A DNA stretch of 64,000 nucleotides, taken from IMG/VR virus record IMGVR_UViG_3300022177_000070, positions 1,007-65,006 of that record. One strand, written 5' to 3'. The position numbers and the translations under genes were made by a program. Positions 34,227 to 44,448 of the stretch are shown in pieces; the first letter of the stretch is position 1, and every line of letters starts with the position of its first letter. The notes beneath the pieces were generated by a model that saw nothing but the letters and a program-made list of their open reading frames with translations, was not told where the DNA came from and ran no database searches. The stretch comes from a virus.

Positions 34227-34259
34227 GCGGCCCGCAAGGATACCCGCCGGGGAGAGTGT

Positions 34260-35279
34260 ATGAAGAAAGGCCAAAAAGGGACTGGTGAGGAAGAGGCTAA
34301 GACGGTTGATTCTTTGAGCGCCGCTCTGGCGGCGACCCGCCCGGTGTTTGACGGTCATCCCGCCGAGGATGGGCCGGGCGCGGAGCCGGAGCCGGAAGAC
34401 AAGAAGCAGCCTGAACCCGAGCCTGAAAAAACCAGTGCCAAAGACGCCAAGGATGACGGGGACAAGGGCGACGACAAGCCCAATGAACCTGATGCTTCCG
34501 ACAAGGACACTCCCAAGTTTAAGCACAAGACCTGGGAGGAAACGGAAAAGGCCCGCCGGGAGGCGGAGCAGTTGGGGCATCGGAAAGCTGAGGAAGCAAA
34601 AACGGAGCGCGATCGCGCCGACGGTCTCCAGAGGAAGCTCGATGAGATCGAGGCCCAGCGTTCCAAGGATCAGGTTGAACTGAAGACCCCGGAATTTGAG
34701 GCGGAGCGCAAGGCCAAGGCCGAAGAGTTGGCCAAAAAGTTCACCGGCTTGGACCAGTACGCTGATGGCTACCAGGAGCAGGCCGCCGCCATCCTGGCGG
34801 AAATGGCGACCCTGGCCCAGCCTACCTTGTCGCAGACAGACATCAAGCAGGTTGTTGAGGCCGAAGTGCAGGCCCGACTGGCTGCCGCCGAAGCGGACAA
34901 GAGGGTCAAGACGGACGCCGAAACTGCCAAGGTCGAGGCTCACAAAACGGCGGTGCGGCTGGCTACTGAGGCCGGTCTGGATATGGGGGAGGACTCCATT
35001 GACGCCGACCTGTTCTGGACCTACAGCGACCAGGCCCCCCGCGACATTCCCCTGGATGAACAGGTTGAGTGGGTGGCCAACAAGGTGAAGACCCGGAAGG
35101 CTGGGCTGGTGAAGGCCGAATTGGGCCGGAAGGCCAAGGAAGCTCAAAAAGACAACGCCGTGCTGGAGCGGGGGTCTTCGACCACCAAGACTCCGGCCGC
35201 GGCCTCCGATGAGAAGTCCGATGCCCCCCTAACATTAAACCAGGCAATGCAAATGAACCTGAAATCTCGCAGAGTTTAG
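34260..35279 (+). CDS. Capsid scaffolding protein
   Basis: Acidic disordered N-terminus, coiled coil, position directly before the capsid gene. Confidence 0.65.
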   Translation: MKKGQKGTGEEEAKTVDSLSAALAATRPVFDGHPAEDGPGAEPEPEDKKQPEPEPEKTSAKDAKDDGDKGDDKPNEPDASDKDTPKFKHKTWEETEKARREAEQLGHRKAEEAKTERDRADGLQRKLDEIEAQRSKDQVELKTPEFEAERKAKAEELAKKFTGLDQYADGYQEQAAAILAEMATLAQPTLSQTDIKQVVEAEVQARLAAAEADKRVKTDAETAKVEAHKTAVRLATEAGLDMGEDSIDADLFWTYSDQAPRDIPLDEQVEWVANKVKTRKAGLVKAELGRKAKEAQKDNAVLERGSSTTKTPAAASDEKSDAPLTLNQAMQMNLKSRRV

Positions 35280-35292
35280 GAGGGTTTAACCC

Positions 35293-36258
35293 ATGAGTGA
35301 TGCTCACACTTGGACCTTTGACGCCCCCAACGGCGTCTATCGTAACCATGCCATCTCCAATGAACTGCTTTTGCAGTCCGTGGCGAAGATGAAGGTCGTT
35401 CCCTTCACACAGTCCTTCGATGGCCTGGGCAAGAAGAACGGCGAGTACGTCAACATCTTCCACCTGAAGGAATTGCCGGACCCGACCTCCGCTCAGTTGG
35501 AGGAAAGCACCCGCATCCCCATCGACAAGCTCCAGATGGGTTCTCGGGTGATCCGGGTGGTCGAGTGGGGCCGGGGTGTCGAGTACAGCGACCTGGCTTC
35601 CCAGCTTTCCAAGTTCGATCCGGCCTCCTATCTCCAGAAGGCCCTCATGCGGCAGATGGACCGGGCGATGGACACCGCGGCCGCGACCGCGTTCCAGGGC
35701 ACCGATGTCAAAATCTGCTTCATTCCCACCGGGATTTCTTCGGGGACCTTCGACGTGGACGGCACCCCGTCCGCCACGGCCACCGCGCCTCTGGGTTTCG
35801 ACCACATGGGCATCCTGGCCGACTACCTGGCCGGTAACATCCACTGTCCGCCCTACGAGGGTGAGGACTACATCATGCTCACCTGCCGGAAGAATCTGCG
35901 GAGCCTGAAGACCGACCCGCTGTGGCAGGCCGTTCACCTCTATCTCCAGAAGGGCGACCTGTTCTTCCGGGGCGAGATGGGCAAGGCCGAAAACATCCGG
36001 TGCGTCCAGGTGGACCGGGAGGCCGCCTTCTCCAACACCGCCGGGGCCAGCACCGTGCTGGGTGAGGGAGTGGTGTTTGGCGACGAGGGTGTGGTCCGGG
36101 TGGAAGTTGATGCCCCGTCCCTCTATGCCGACCCCAACTTCCAGAGCGACTTTGGCCGCACCAAGGCCGTCGCCTGGCGTGGCATCCTGGCCTATGCCCC
36201 CCTGTGGGAAACCGCCAATGACGGCGAGGCCAAGATCATCCGCGTGACCAGCGCCTAA
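35293..36258 (+). CDS. Major capsid protein (HK97 fold)
   Basis: 321 aa after the scaffold; GKKNGEYVNIF, LEESTRIP, VEWGRGV, DFGRTKAVAW; strong codon bias. Confidence 0.78.
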   Translation: MSDAHTWTFDAPNGVYRNHAISNELLLQSVAKMKVVPFTQSFDGLGKKNGEYVNIFHLKELPDPTSAQLEESTRIPIDKLQMGSRVIRVVEWGRGVEYSDLASQLSKFDPASYLQKALMRQMDRAMDTAAATAFQGTDVKICFIPTGISSGTFDVDGTPSATATAPLGFDHMGILADYLAGNIHCPPYEGEDYIMLTCRKNLRSLKTDPLWQAVHLYLQKGDLFFRGEMGKAENIRCVQVDREAAFSNTAGASTVLGEGVVFGDEGVVRVEVDAPSLYADPNFQSDFGRTKAVAWRGILAYAPLWETANDGEAKIIRVTSA

Positions 36259-36315
36259 ACCTGAACGGGGCGGCAGGTCCGCCCCTCAATCTCTTTCTGT
36301 AAAGGAGACTGCATC

Positions 36316-36798
36316 ATGGGTCAGTATGGTTCTTACGGCAAAGAACTTGTTCTCAATATGGCCAACGACGATACCGCCAAGGCGACCGCCATCGCTTTGG
36401 AGGCCGTCGCCGGGGTCAAGTCCACCTGGACCATTCTGGAGCCGATAACCGTTACCCGGTTCGGTATCCGGCCCACGGTGGCCTTCAACTACGACACCCT
36501 GGTCACGAAGGCCGTCCTGAAGCTCAAAAAGTACATCACCCCCGGCTCTGCCACGGGGGAGGTGGAACTGGCCTCCATCACCCTGGAAGACGCCTGGGCC
36601 GTCGGTCACGTCTATTATGTGGACGTGTCGAACCTGGGCGGCAAGGCCGACATCAAGTGCGGCGAGCAGTTGGTGGCCGAAGTGACCACGCAGGGCGCTG
36701 GCGGGACCGAGGTGGGCGATTACGAAATCTACATCGCCGGGAACCCGCGGGCCGAAGTGGCCGCCAACCAGTCCTATATGCACAACGTCACCCCGTAA
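36316..36798 (+). CDS. Putative capsid decoration/cement protein
   Basis: 160 aa beta-rich protein right after the capsid gene. Confidence 0.5.
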   Translation: MGQYGSYGKELVLNMANDDTAKATAIALEAVAGVKSTWTILEPITVTRFGIRPTVAFNYDTLVTKAVLKLKKYITPGSATGEVELASITLEDAWAVGHVYYVDVSNLGGKADIKCGEQLVAEVTTQGAGGTEVGDYEIYIAGNPRAEVAANQSYMHNVTP

Positions 36799-36847
36799 CC
36801 TGGCTGGGGGGCCATGCGCCCCCCTTCCTTAATATAGGAGATTTTCT

Positions 36848-37204
36848 ATGGCTGCTCTGGCGAAAACCGACTGGACCGTCACCATTGGTCAGCGCGACCG
36901 GGATCAGTTGACCCGGTTTCGCAAGTGCTTTGCCACGCTGAAAATCGGTGATGCGGTCAAGACCTATCCGGCCAACGGCATCCCCTTGCCGGACAAGGAA
37001 CAGTTCGGCCTGCACAAGTACGTCCGGTTCGTCAACACCATGCCGCCGATTGACGGCTATGTGTACAAGGTCGACAAGGCGAACTGGAAGCTGCTCATTT
37101 ACTACGGCGACTACGATCCCGCCGCGGCTGCCGCGTTGGTCGAGATTCCCGACAGCACCGCCCCGGCAGAGTTCACCATCGAACTGGAAATCACCGGCGA
37201 ATAA
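36848..37204 (+). CDS. Hypothetical virion-module protein
   Basis: 118 aa; GGAGA RBS. Confidence 0.6.
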   Translation: MAALAKTDWTVTIGQRDRDQLTRFRKCFATLKIGDAVKTYPANGIPLPDKEQFGLHKYVRFVNTMPPIDGYVYKVDKANWKLLIYYGDYDPAAAAALVEIPDSTAPAEFTIELEITGE

Positions 37205-37213
37205 GAGGGTTCT

Positions 37214-37777
37214 ATGGCTCAAAGACTGATTACCAAGCACTATGGCCCCATCGAGGTCGAAAAAAGCTGGAACGTCGGCGCTCAACACATCGGGAAACTG
37301 GTGGGTGGGGGCTACGTTTATCTGACCGGCCTGCCCGTCAAGACCAAACAGGAACTCAAGGCGATCATTCCTCCGGGTCCCGACCTGGACGAAGCCCTGG
37401 AGTGGTTCGACAGCCCTGACAAGTTCAGTGAGACCAGGATCAAGCGGCTGATGCTCAACCCGGACGGGTCGTACGAGTTCGACGACGGCTCCCCGGTGGA
37501 GAGCGTTTCCGATCTGGTCAAGCACTTACAGGAAGGTCCGGCCCTGGATGCCGCCCTGACCTGGTTCGTCAAGGCCCAGGAGGCCAAGAAGGGCGTTCAG
37601 GCCGAGGTCAAAACCAAGGTCGGGAAGGCCGCCACGGCCGCCAAGAAAGTGGCCGCCAGGCCGAGCAGAAAGGTGGTGGGTGCCAAGAAGGCCCCCGTTC
37701 CCCAGGCCGGGCCGATTGAGGTCCACGACTCTCAGCCGGTCATGGTCACGGGCCAGCCGCAGGAAGTCACGGTCTGA
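37214..37777 (+). CDS. Hypothetical protein with internal duplication
   Basis: GxPVxxxxxLxxxxxxGPxLDxALxWF occurs twice. Confidence 0.6.
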   Translation: MAQRLITKHYGPIEVEKSWNVGAQHIGKLVGGGYVYLTGLPVKTKQELKAIIPPGPDLDEALEWFDSPDKFSETRIKRLMLNPDGSYEFDDGSPVESVSDLVKHLQEGPALDAALTWFVKAQEAKKGVQAEVKTKVGKAATAAKKVAARPSRKVVGAKKAPVPQAGPIEVHDSQPVMVTGQPQEVTV

Positions 37778-37953
37778 TGTCTTCGGTGAGGTTCTGCGCC
37801 AACTGCAAGCTGACGTACGAGCCGGACCCGCGGATTTATAAGGACCCGCACGAGTACTGCCCGCGCTGTGGGGCCAACTTGGAGCAGTCTGCCGCCAGGT
37901 GGAAAGAAGGTGGTGAACTCGACCCGAGAGCCAGCAATCCGAGTAACCAATAA
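37777..37953 (+). CDS. Small Zn-ribbon protein (58 aa)
   Basis: Hand-translated CANC...CPRCG; TGATG coupling. Confidence 0.5.
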   Translation: MSSVRFCANCKLTYEPDPRIYKDPHEYCPRCGANLEQSAARWKEGGELDPRASNPSNQ

Positions 37954-38004
37954 GGGCGGTCACTGAGACATTTGGGGGCCGCCCACCCCTACAAGGAATT
38001 GCCA

Positions 38005-38676
38005 ATGAACCTGGGTGAACTGGTCCAAGAGATTGGCCTGATTGTTCAGGACCCGTCTCTGGAGCGTTTCTTTGAGCGGTGGGTCAATCAGGCCATTCTG
38101 GCCCTGGCCACCGATTTCGACCTTCCGGCCCTGAAGCTCATCAGGCCCGCCACTTTCAATGTTTCCACGGCAGATTGGGTCTTCGATGCTCCCGACAACT
38201 TCCTGAAGGGACTCTTTAAGTGCCGGGACAGCGCCGGAAACAAGGTCCACATCTGTAATTCCATCGACAAACTGGACGACCTGGACCCGGACCACACTGA
38301 GATTGGCGATCATATCACCGACATTGCCGTCATGGAACACGGTACTGGCAAGAAGTTTTGTGTGTACCCCAAGGCCAACGAGACCGCGCAGGTCTGGTTC
38401 TTTGAGCGCCCGGCGGTACTGGTCAAGGCCGGTGATATACCCACCTGTATCCCCGAGGGCTTTCATCACCGGGTCATCATCCCCAAGGTGGTCCTGAACA
38501 ACTTCCGGCTCTTGCAGGACATGGCCACCGAGGCCCCCCATCAAAGCCTGGCCTATTGGGAAGAGGAATACCGCAAGGGCCTCTTTGGGACCCCGAGGGG
38601 GGACAACGGCCTCTTTTCGGTCATCGCCAAATCTCTCAATCCGCGCCGCCACGGCGGCCGCGACCCTCTGCCGTAG
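38005..38676 (+). CDS. Head-tail adaptor (tail tubular A-like)
   Basis: MNLGELVQEI...WVNQAILAL pattern and position. Confidence 0.6.
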   Translation: MNLGELVQEIGLIVQDPSLERFFERWVNQAILALATDFDLPALKLIRPATFNVSTADWVFDAPDNFLKGLFKCRDSAGNKVHICNSIDKLDDLDPDHTEIGDHITDIAVMEHGTGKKFCVYPKANETAQVWFFERPAVLVKAGDIPTCIPEGFHHRVIIPKVVLNNFRLLQDMATEAPHQSLAYWEEEYRKGLFGTPRGDNGLFSVIAKSLNPRRHGGRDPLP

Positions 38677-38683
38677 GTGACAC

Positions 38684-39937
38684 ATGGCCAAGCAAGTTGT
38701 TATCGCCGGATTCAACGGCATGACCAACTTAGACCAGGCTCCTTCGGTCTTTCTGGATGACGAGCGCCGGGCTTCCCCCCGGCACATCATCAATGCCGAC
38801 GTGTACGACGGCGGCGTTCTGGTGCCCCGCGGGGGCTACCGCAAGCTCGTTTCCCTGATCAATACCCGGTCTCTCTGGGCCGGGTCCGTCATGTTGTGCG
38901 TGGCCGACGGCTCCGCCGGGGGCGCGTCGCTCTACCGGATCAATGCCGACACATCCCAGGAGCTTTGCTCTGTCGAGGACCCGGACGGCTTTCTGAACTA
39001 CCTGGAGGTCAACGGCAAGGTTTACATCTCGGGCCGGGCCTGGACCGGGGTGTACGACATCCTGGCCAACTCCATGCACTCGTGGGGCGTTCCCCTGCCC
39101 GACGCTCCCCAGGTGAGCATTAGCTCTGGCAACCTGCCGGGCGGCAAGTACTCCCTGTGCTACACCAGGTTTGAAGGTGAGCGCCAGGGCGGCACCGGGC
39201 ACATCGTCGATGTCTCCCTGGAGGGCGACGGCCACGGCATCGAGCTTCTGAACTTCGCCGATGACTATATCGCCTGGATTACTCACGCCAATGGCGGCGA
39301 CTTCTTTCTGGCTCAACTGGACGGCGGCGTCATTCGGAACCAAACCCCCTTCATTCAGCCCCTCACCACGCTTGGCGTTTTCCCGGCCCCCCGCTTCACT
39401 CATTCCACAGCCTATGCCTTTGGTCGGGTGTGGGGGACTTTGGGGAAAAAACTCGTGTTCAGTGAGCCTTTTCAACCAGAGTTTTTCCGTGTGGGAGGCT
39501 ACAAGCAGTTTATAGAAGATTTGGTCATGGTGGCCTCGGTGGCGTCCGGCCTCTTTGTCAACTCCCAGGACTCCACCTGGTTTCTAGGTGGGACCTCCGC
39601 CGACAAGATGAGTCTCACTCGGCTGGGGGAGGGGGCCATTCCTGGGACCTTGACGATGGGCCTGGTGGAAGGAGGGGGGTACGAGGTCTCCAAACAGTTG
39701 GCCCAAATGCCTATGCCCATCTGGTTTGACCGCAACGGCATGGTGATTGGGACCCACAACGGCCATCTGGTTCACTGGACCAAATCAAAGCTGAAGGTGA
39801 CGCAGTACCCCCGCGGGGCCGCCTTCAACCGCATGGTGAACGGCGTTCCGCAAGTAGTTGTCACGCTCTACGGGAACTGCCGGAAACACATTGATCCCGA
39901 GATGCAAACCATCATCCAAGACGGACAACTCTTTTAG
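38684..39937 (+). CDS. Tail tubular B / stabilisation-like beta-propeller protein
   Basis: GFNGMTN...INADV...GVLVPRGG N-terminus, AFGRVW, FSEPF; follows the adaptor. Confidence 0.55.
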   Translation: MAKQVVIAGFNGMTNLDQAPSVFLDDERRASPRHIINADVYDGGVLVPRGGYRKLVSLINTRSLWAGSVMLCVADGSAGGASLYRINADTSQELCSVEDPDGFLNYLEVNGKVYISGRAWTGVYDILANSMHSWGVPLPDAPQVSISSGNLPGGKYSLCYTRFEGERQGGTGHIVDVSLEGDGHGIELLNFADDYIAWITHANGGDFFLAQLDGGVIRNQTPFIQPLTTLGVFPAPRFTHSTAYAFGRVWGTLGKKLVFSEPFQPEFFRVGGYKQFIEDLVMVASVASGLFVNSQDSTWFLGGTSADKMSLTRLGEGAIPGTLTMGLVEGGGYEVSKQLAQMPMPIWFDRNGMVIGTHNGHLVHWTKSKLKVTQYPRGAAFNRMVNGVPQVVVTLYGNCRKHIDPEMQTIIQDGQLF

Positions 39938-39945
39938 GTGAGACT

Positions 39946-40755
39946 ATGGCCGGATTTTCTTCGTACGACGACCTCATTAACGAGATCACCGTAAATGGAA
40001 AAATTTATGAGTGGTTTTTTCACAAGATAGGCTCTGCCCCGGAAGCTGCCGGGGTGTGGCACACTCTCTGGAAGGCTGCTGGCATACCGGGGGCCGGGGC
40101 TGACGCCGCCGGAACGCCGGGCGATGCCCTGGACGACGTAGCCGGGTCGATGTTCTTCCCAGACCAAGCCTCTGACACCAAGCACCTCATTTCCGTTGGT
40201 GCATTGGCGAACCAATCCTTGACCCTGATGATTTATGATCGCCTGGTTTCTGTGGGCGGTGTGTCCATCAACTCCACCGGCGACAAGACGATCAATTCTC
40301 CCACCTTGCCCCGCTACACCGACGGGGTTGGGGTGTTGCCAATCATAGAAGTCACCACAGTTACGGCAGCGGCAGCGGTGGTAAGTGTCAATTCCTATAC
40401 GAATACGGCTGACCAAACCGGGCGAGCGGGCGGCTCCGTAACCTTTCCGTCGGCAATCACCAATGTCGACACCATGTTTTTTCTGCCCCTTCAGGCGGGA
40501 GACAAAGGCGTCAAGGCCATCTCTACAATCAACGCGTCATCGACCGGAGGCGGCTCGGCGGCAGTAGCGGTCAGTCTTGTTAAGCCCCTGGTGTTTCTCC
40601 CGATCCTGGCAAGCTATTGGACGGAGAGGGACCTGGTGCTGCAAATGACATCGCTCCCCCGCATTTATGATGGCGCTTCTTTGGGGCTGGCCTATTTGGC
40701 CTCAACGACAAATGTGGCCAACGTCTTTGGGCACTTGCGGGTCGCTTACGGTTAA
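39946..40755 (+). CDS. Virion structural protein, paralog A1
   Basis: MAGFSS..., DRLV, TGDKT.NS..LPRYTDGVGV shared with the next gene. Confidence 0.7.
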   Translation: MAGFSSYDDLINEITVNGKIYEWFFHKIGSAPEAAGVWHTLWKAAGIPGAGADAAGTPGDALDDVAGSMFFPDQASDTKHLISVGALANQSLTLMIYDRLVSVGGVSINSTGDKTINSPTLPRYTDGVGVLPIIEVTTVTAAAAVVSVNSYTNTADQTGRAGGSVTFPSAITNVDTMFFLPLQAGDKGVKAISTINASSTGGGSAAVAVSLVKPLVFLPILASYWTERDLVLQMTSLPRIYDGASLGLAYLASTTNVANVFGHLRVAYG

Positions 40756-40766
40756 GAGGTGGGGAT

Positions 40767-41579
40767 ATGGCCGGTTTTTCCAGTTTTGCAGACCTGCTTG
40801 CCGAAATGGCCGCAGGAAAGGTATGGGAAGTTCCTTTCCAAAAAGCCGGTAACGTGAGCGTTACAAACCAGTGGTATTCCCACTGGAAGCAGGCAGGTTT
40901 CCCTCCTGCCGGGGACGACCCCGCCGCAACTCCGGGCACGCAATATAGCAACGATAACGGGTCGATTTTTTTTGACGACAAGGACCCCGACCGCAAATTT
41001 CTTGTAAAGGCGGGACTTGTCAGCCAGTCGGCCTCATACGCCTCTGTAGTAATGGTCTATGACCGCCTGGTCGGAGTGAGCGGAATTTCATTGACCACCA
41101 CCGGCGACAAGACCGTCAACTCTGCCGCCCTCCCCCGCTATACCGATGGGGTTGGGGTCCTGGCGGCGCTTGAGATAACGACGGCAACAAATGCCACGGC
41201 AGCGGTGGTAACTCTAAACTCCTACACAAACACAGGAGACCAGACGGGGAGGGCGGGAAACCAGGTAACATTAGGCTCTACGTACTGCCCTGTGGGGTAT
41301 TTCCATATTTTGCCATTGCAGGCAGGAGATCGGGGCGTCAAGGCCGTTGCTACGATCAACGTGGGGACCGCCACGACCGGCGGTATTGCCAATCTTATTC
41401 TGTTCAAGCCGTTGGCTGTTATTCCGCTGGTGCCTGGGATTTCCAACGACATTGAGTTTGTCATGCAGCAGGCGGCCCTGCCGCGCATTTATGACGATGC
41501 CTGTCTGGGCTTTTTGTCTTTTTACACTTCGTCCGCCGCCGTCGGTATTGGTGGATGTCTGACGGTCGCCCACGGATAA
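40767..41579 (+). CDS. Virion structural protein, paralog A2
   Basis: Full-length similarity to 39946..40755. Confidence 0.7.
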   Translation: MAGFSSFADLLAEMAAGKVWEVPFQKAGNVSVTNQWYSHWKQAGFPPAGDDPAATPGTQYSNDNGSIFFDDKDPDRKFLVKAGLVSQSASYASVVMVYDRLVGVSGISLTTTGDKTVNSAALPRYTDGVGVLAALEITTATNATAAVVTLNSYTNTGDQTGRAGNQVTLGSTYCPVGYFHILPLQAGDRGVKAVATINVGTATTGGIANLILFKPLAVIPLVPGISNDIEFVMQQAALPRIYDDACLGFLSFYTSSAAVGIGGCLTVAHG

Positions 41580-41582
41580 GAG

Positions 41583-42908
41583 ATGCCGGGGTCTAAGTAC
41601 ACCACGAATAAAGACTTCTACTGGCTCCTGAAGTTTGCCCCGAAAATTCCAGGCGGGTGGACAGGGAAGAACCAGGTTGCGCCGTTCCCGCTTTCTCAGA
41701 CGGTATGGGACCTTTCGGGGCAAGTGCAGGCCAGCAGCGCCGCGGCCGGGTCCCTCAGCACCGTCAAGAACTTGTCGGCAACGGTTGCGACGGAAAGCTC
41801 CGCCTCCGGTCAGATTACCAGAACGGTTGGTGTCTCTGGGCAGATTGATACAGGAGCCACGGTTGCGGGCCAGGTCACTATCGGCAATTTATTGTCGGCG
41901 GCCATTGCGGGACAAGCTCAGGTTGGCGGCGAGGCGGGCGTTGTTCGGGGAGTGGCCGGTGAGATTGGTGCTGCCAGCGTTGTCCAGGGGGAAATCGGGG
42001 CGACGCTCAAGCTGGCTGGCCTGGTGGCATCGGCGTCCGAACTCACTGGCGCGGCGACTAGGTTTAAACTGGTCTCCGCCTCTCTTGTTGCCGCGTCTGG
42101 GGTTGAGGGAAGTACTCGAGTTGGCCGGTCGCTTTCTGTCGCCCTTCCCAACATCCTTCAGGTTGCTGGGTCAACAAAGGTCCAGCGTTCCCTGGCTGGC
42201 GAGATAGGCGTCCAGGGGGCTGTTGGTGCCAAGCTGCTCAAGATCGTTCCTCTCGCCGGTGGCCTGTCGGCTACAACCGCAGCGACGGGGGCGGTTGGTA
42301 TTTTCAAGACGCTGGCCGGGGGTGTCGCCGGGACCACAACCGTTTCCGGCGCAATTCACGTCGTCCGTCGGCTGGCGGTTTCGGTGTCCGCAGTTGCCGC
42401 GGCCCAGGCCGATTCCGGGGTGCATCGCCAGGTTGCTGCCGAATTGTCGATTCAGTCCACCGTGTTCGGGGCGGCCCGCCTGGTAGTGGCCCTCTCTGGG
42501 CAAGTGGTTGCCGAAGCTGTTTCGACAGGTTTTGTCAGGGTCTTGCTGGGGGCGTCCGGGGCCATTGAGGGGGTCGGCTCGCCGGTGGCCTTGATGCGCG
42601 GCGACAAGCCTCTGGTTGGAACAGTGCCGGTGAAGGCTGGCGTTGCTGCCCCTCTGCGCCGCAAGACTATGACAGATGGCGCAATTAATGAAGTTTCAAG
42701 CCTGCTTGGATCAATTATCCCAAAGAAGAGAGAGATACCAGCCGGGACCTTTCTCGCTCTGGGCCTGCTTCAGAACTACGGAGTCACGGTTGATTTTGAC
42801 GAGCAAGAGGTTGCCGTGGTGCCAGCCGCAGAGATTTGCCTATCAGTATTAGAGGAAAGACGTGAAATTGACTGTGCCTTGTCCGGCGCTAAACTCACTT
42901 TAAGATAA
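41583..42908 (+). CDS. Ala/Gly/Val/Ser-rich repetitive tail/fibre-like protein
   Basis: About 19-aa quasi-periodic LxGxVxxxSxxxGxL pattern. Confidence 0.6.
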   Translation: MPGSKYTTNKDFYWLLKFAPKIPGGWTGKNQVAPFPLSQTVWDLSGQVQASSAAAGSLSTVKNLSATVATESSASGQITRTVGVSGQIDTGATVAGQVTIGNLLSAAIAGQAQVGGEAGVVRGVAGEIGAASVVQGEIGATLKLAGLVASASELTGAATRFKLVSASLVAASGVEGSTRVGRSLSVALPNILQVAGSTKVQRSLAGEIGVQGAVGAKLLKIVPLAGGLSATTAATGAVGIFKTLAGGVAGTTTVSGAIHVVRRLAVSVSAVAAAQADSGVHRQVAAELSIQSTVFGAARLVVALSGQVVAEAVSTGFVRVLLGASGAIEGVGSPVALMRGDKPLVGTVPVKAGVAAPLRRKTMTDGAINEVSSLLGSIIPKKREIPAGTFLALGLLQNYGVTVDFDEQEVAVVPAAEICLSVLEERREIDCALSGAKLTLR

Positions 42909-42921
42909 GGGGGTTATCGGT

Positions 42922-43323
42922 ATGAGCTTCAGCAATTTTCTGGAAAACGAGCTTCTGGATCACGTTTTTGGAGGCGGGACCCGCAACTATAGCCCGCCGA
43001 CCAACGTGTTTACGGGCCTCAGCACCGCCGATCCTGGTGATGACGGCGCTGGTCTGGCGGAGCCGTCGGGTAACGGCTATGCCCGAAAGCAGACCGCCGC
43101 GTCCGACTGGAGCGTTGCTTCCGGCGGGGCCTTGTCCAATGCCAACCCTATCACCTTCGATGAGGCAACCGGCTCCTGGGGCACGGTGACGCATGTGTGT
43201 CTCTTTGACCAGTTGACCGGCGGCAACCTGCTGGCTTCTGGGGCGTTGTCGGCCTCCAAGGCAGTTGGCGCTGGCGACACCGTTCAGTTCGCTGCTGGCG
43301 ACCTGGATGTGACCCTGGATTAA
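42922..43323 (+). CDS. Tail-fibre-associated structural protein, family B1
   Basis: SNFLENELLDHVFG, EPSGNGYAR, ITFDEATGSWGTVTH. Confidence 0.7.
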   Translation: MSFSNFLENELLDHVFGGGTRNYSPPTNVFTGLSTADPGDDGAGLAEPSGNGYARKQTAASDWSVASGGALSNANPITFDEATGSWGTVTHVCLFDQLTGGNLLASGALSASKAVGAGDTVQFAAGDLDVTLD

Positions 43324-43326
43324 GCG

Positions 43327-43734
43327 GTGAGCCGCGACCTGGAAATCAAGCAGGGTGAGACCCGGACCTTGACGGTGATGGCAAGGTCTCCGGGCGGGAA
43401 CCCACTTAACCTGACTTCCGCCAGGGCCTACTTCGCCCTGAAGGAAGATGAGGGTGATTCGGGCTATGCCTTGTTTTTGGGCGACGAGGCTTTTGATAAA
43501 ACCGCCGCCGCCAACGGGATTCTCTATTGCACCTTGCGAAGCTCGGATACCTTCTTGGACCCTGGCAGGTACTTGGCGGAGTCCAAGGTGACTTTTCCTG
43601 ACGGCAACATTATCAAGTCCCTGGATGACATCTATGTCGTCATCAAGGGTTCGGTCATTCATCGCACCATCTTCCAGGCCGCCGGGGTGACACCTGGCGC
43701 TGGGGCCGTTGTTGGCTCTCTGACAATTACTTGA
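43327..43734 (+). CDS. BppU-N-like baseplate/tail protein
   Basis: IKQGETRTLTV, PLNLTSA, PGRYLAESKVTFPDG. Confidence 0.55.
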   Translation: MSRDLEIKQGETRTLTVMARSPGGNPLNLTSARAYFALKEDEGDSGYALFLGDEAFDKTAAANGILYCTLRSSDTFLDPGRYLAESKVTFPDGNIIKSLDDIYVVIKGSVIHRTIFQAAGVTPGAGAVVGSLTIT

Positions 43735-43746
43735 TAGGAGTCCGAA

Positions 43747-44448
43747 ATGTCTCTCTATGTGCCCAATATCGGCGAAAAGGAATTGCTCAAGGCAATCCTT
43801 CAGTCCGGCGCTCTCTGTCTGGGCCTCTATAAGACCCAGATCATCCCCGACGGCAATACGGTCATCGACACCATCGACGAACTGCCCACCGGGGGAGGCC
43901 GGACCTACGCCCAGAAAGCTCTCACCAATAATGTGGTGGAGGCCGCGGCCGCGGCTGACAAGTGGTTTGTCAACATCAATTCCTCCGGCAAGGCCGAAGC
44001 TCAGTACGGCCTCACGGCTGGCCCCCAGGAGTTTAGCTTTGCTGCTGCGGACGTGGCGGACGGGAACACCATCTACGGGGCCTTCGCCTACGTGTGGGCC
44101 ATCCCCTTCACCGCCGGTCAGTCCGAGGGTCCCATCAAGGTGGGGGATACCGTGACCGGGGCCAACAGTTCGGCCACCGGGGTCGTTACCGAGGTGGTGG
44201 TCACGTCGGGGACCTGGGCCGGTGACGATGCCGCCGGGTATTTGCTGGTCAAGACCAAGACCGGCACGTTCCAAAATAACGAGCCGTTGCAGGTGGGTGG
44301 AATCACGATGGCGACCACAGCGACCGGGGCGACCGGCGACGCCCACAAGCGCCTGGTCTTCGTGGAAGCTTTCTCGACCGGCTACGCCATTGACACGGCG
44401 GGGCAGAAACTCACCTATCTGCCCAAGATCACCCTGTCGTCCTCCTAA
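43747..44448 (+). CDS. Tail structural protein, family B2 with insertion
   Basis: GEKELL, LGLY, TIYGAF, KLTYLPKITL. Confidence 0.6.
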   Translation: MSLYVPNIGEKELLKAILQSGALCLGLYKTQIIPDGNTVIDTIDELPTGGGRTYAQKALTNNVVEAAAAADKWFVNINSSGKAEAQYGLTAGPQEFSFAAADVADGNTIYGAFAYVWAIPFTAGQSEGPIKVGDTVTGANSSATGVVTEVVVTSGTWAGDDAAGYLLVKTKTGTFQNNEPLQVGGITMATTATGATGDAHKRLVFVEAFSTGYAIDTAGQKLTYLPKITLSSS

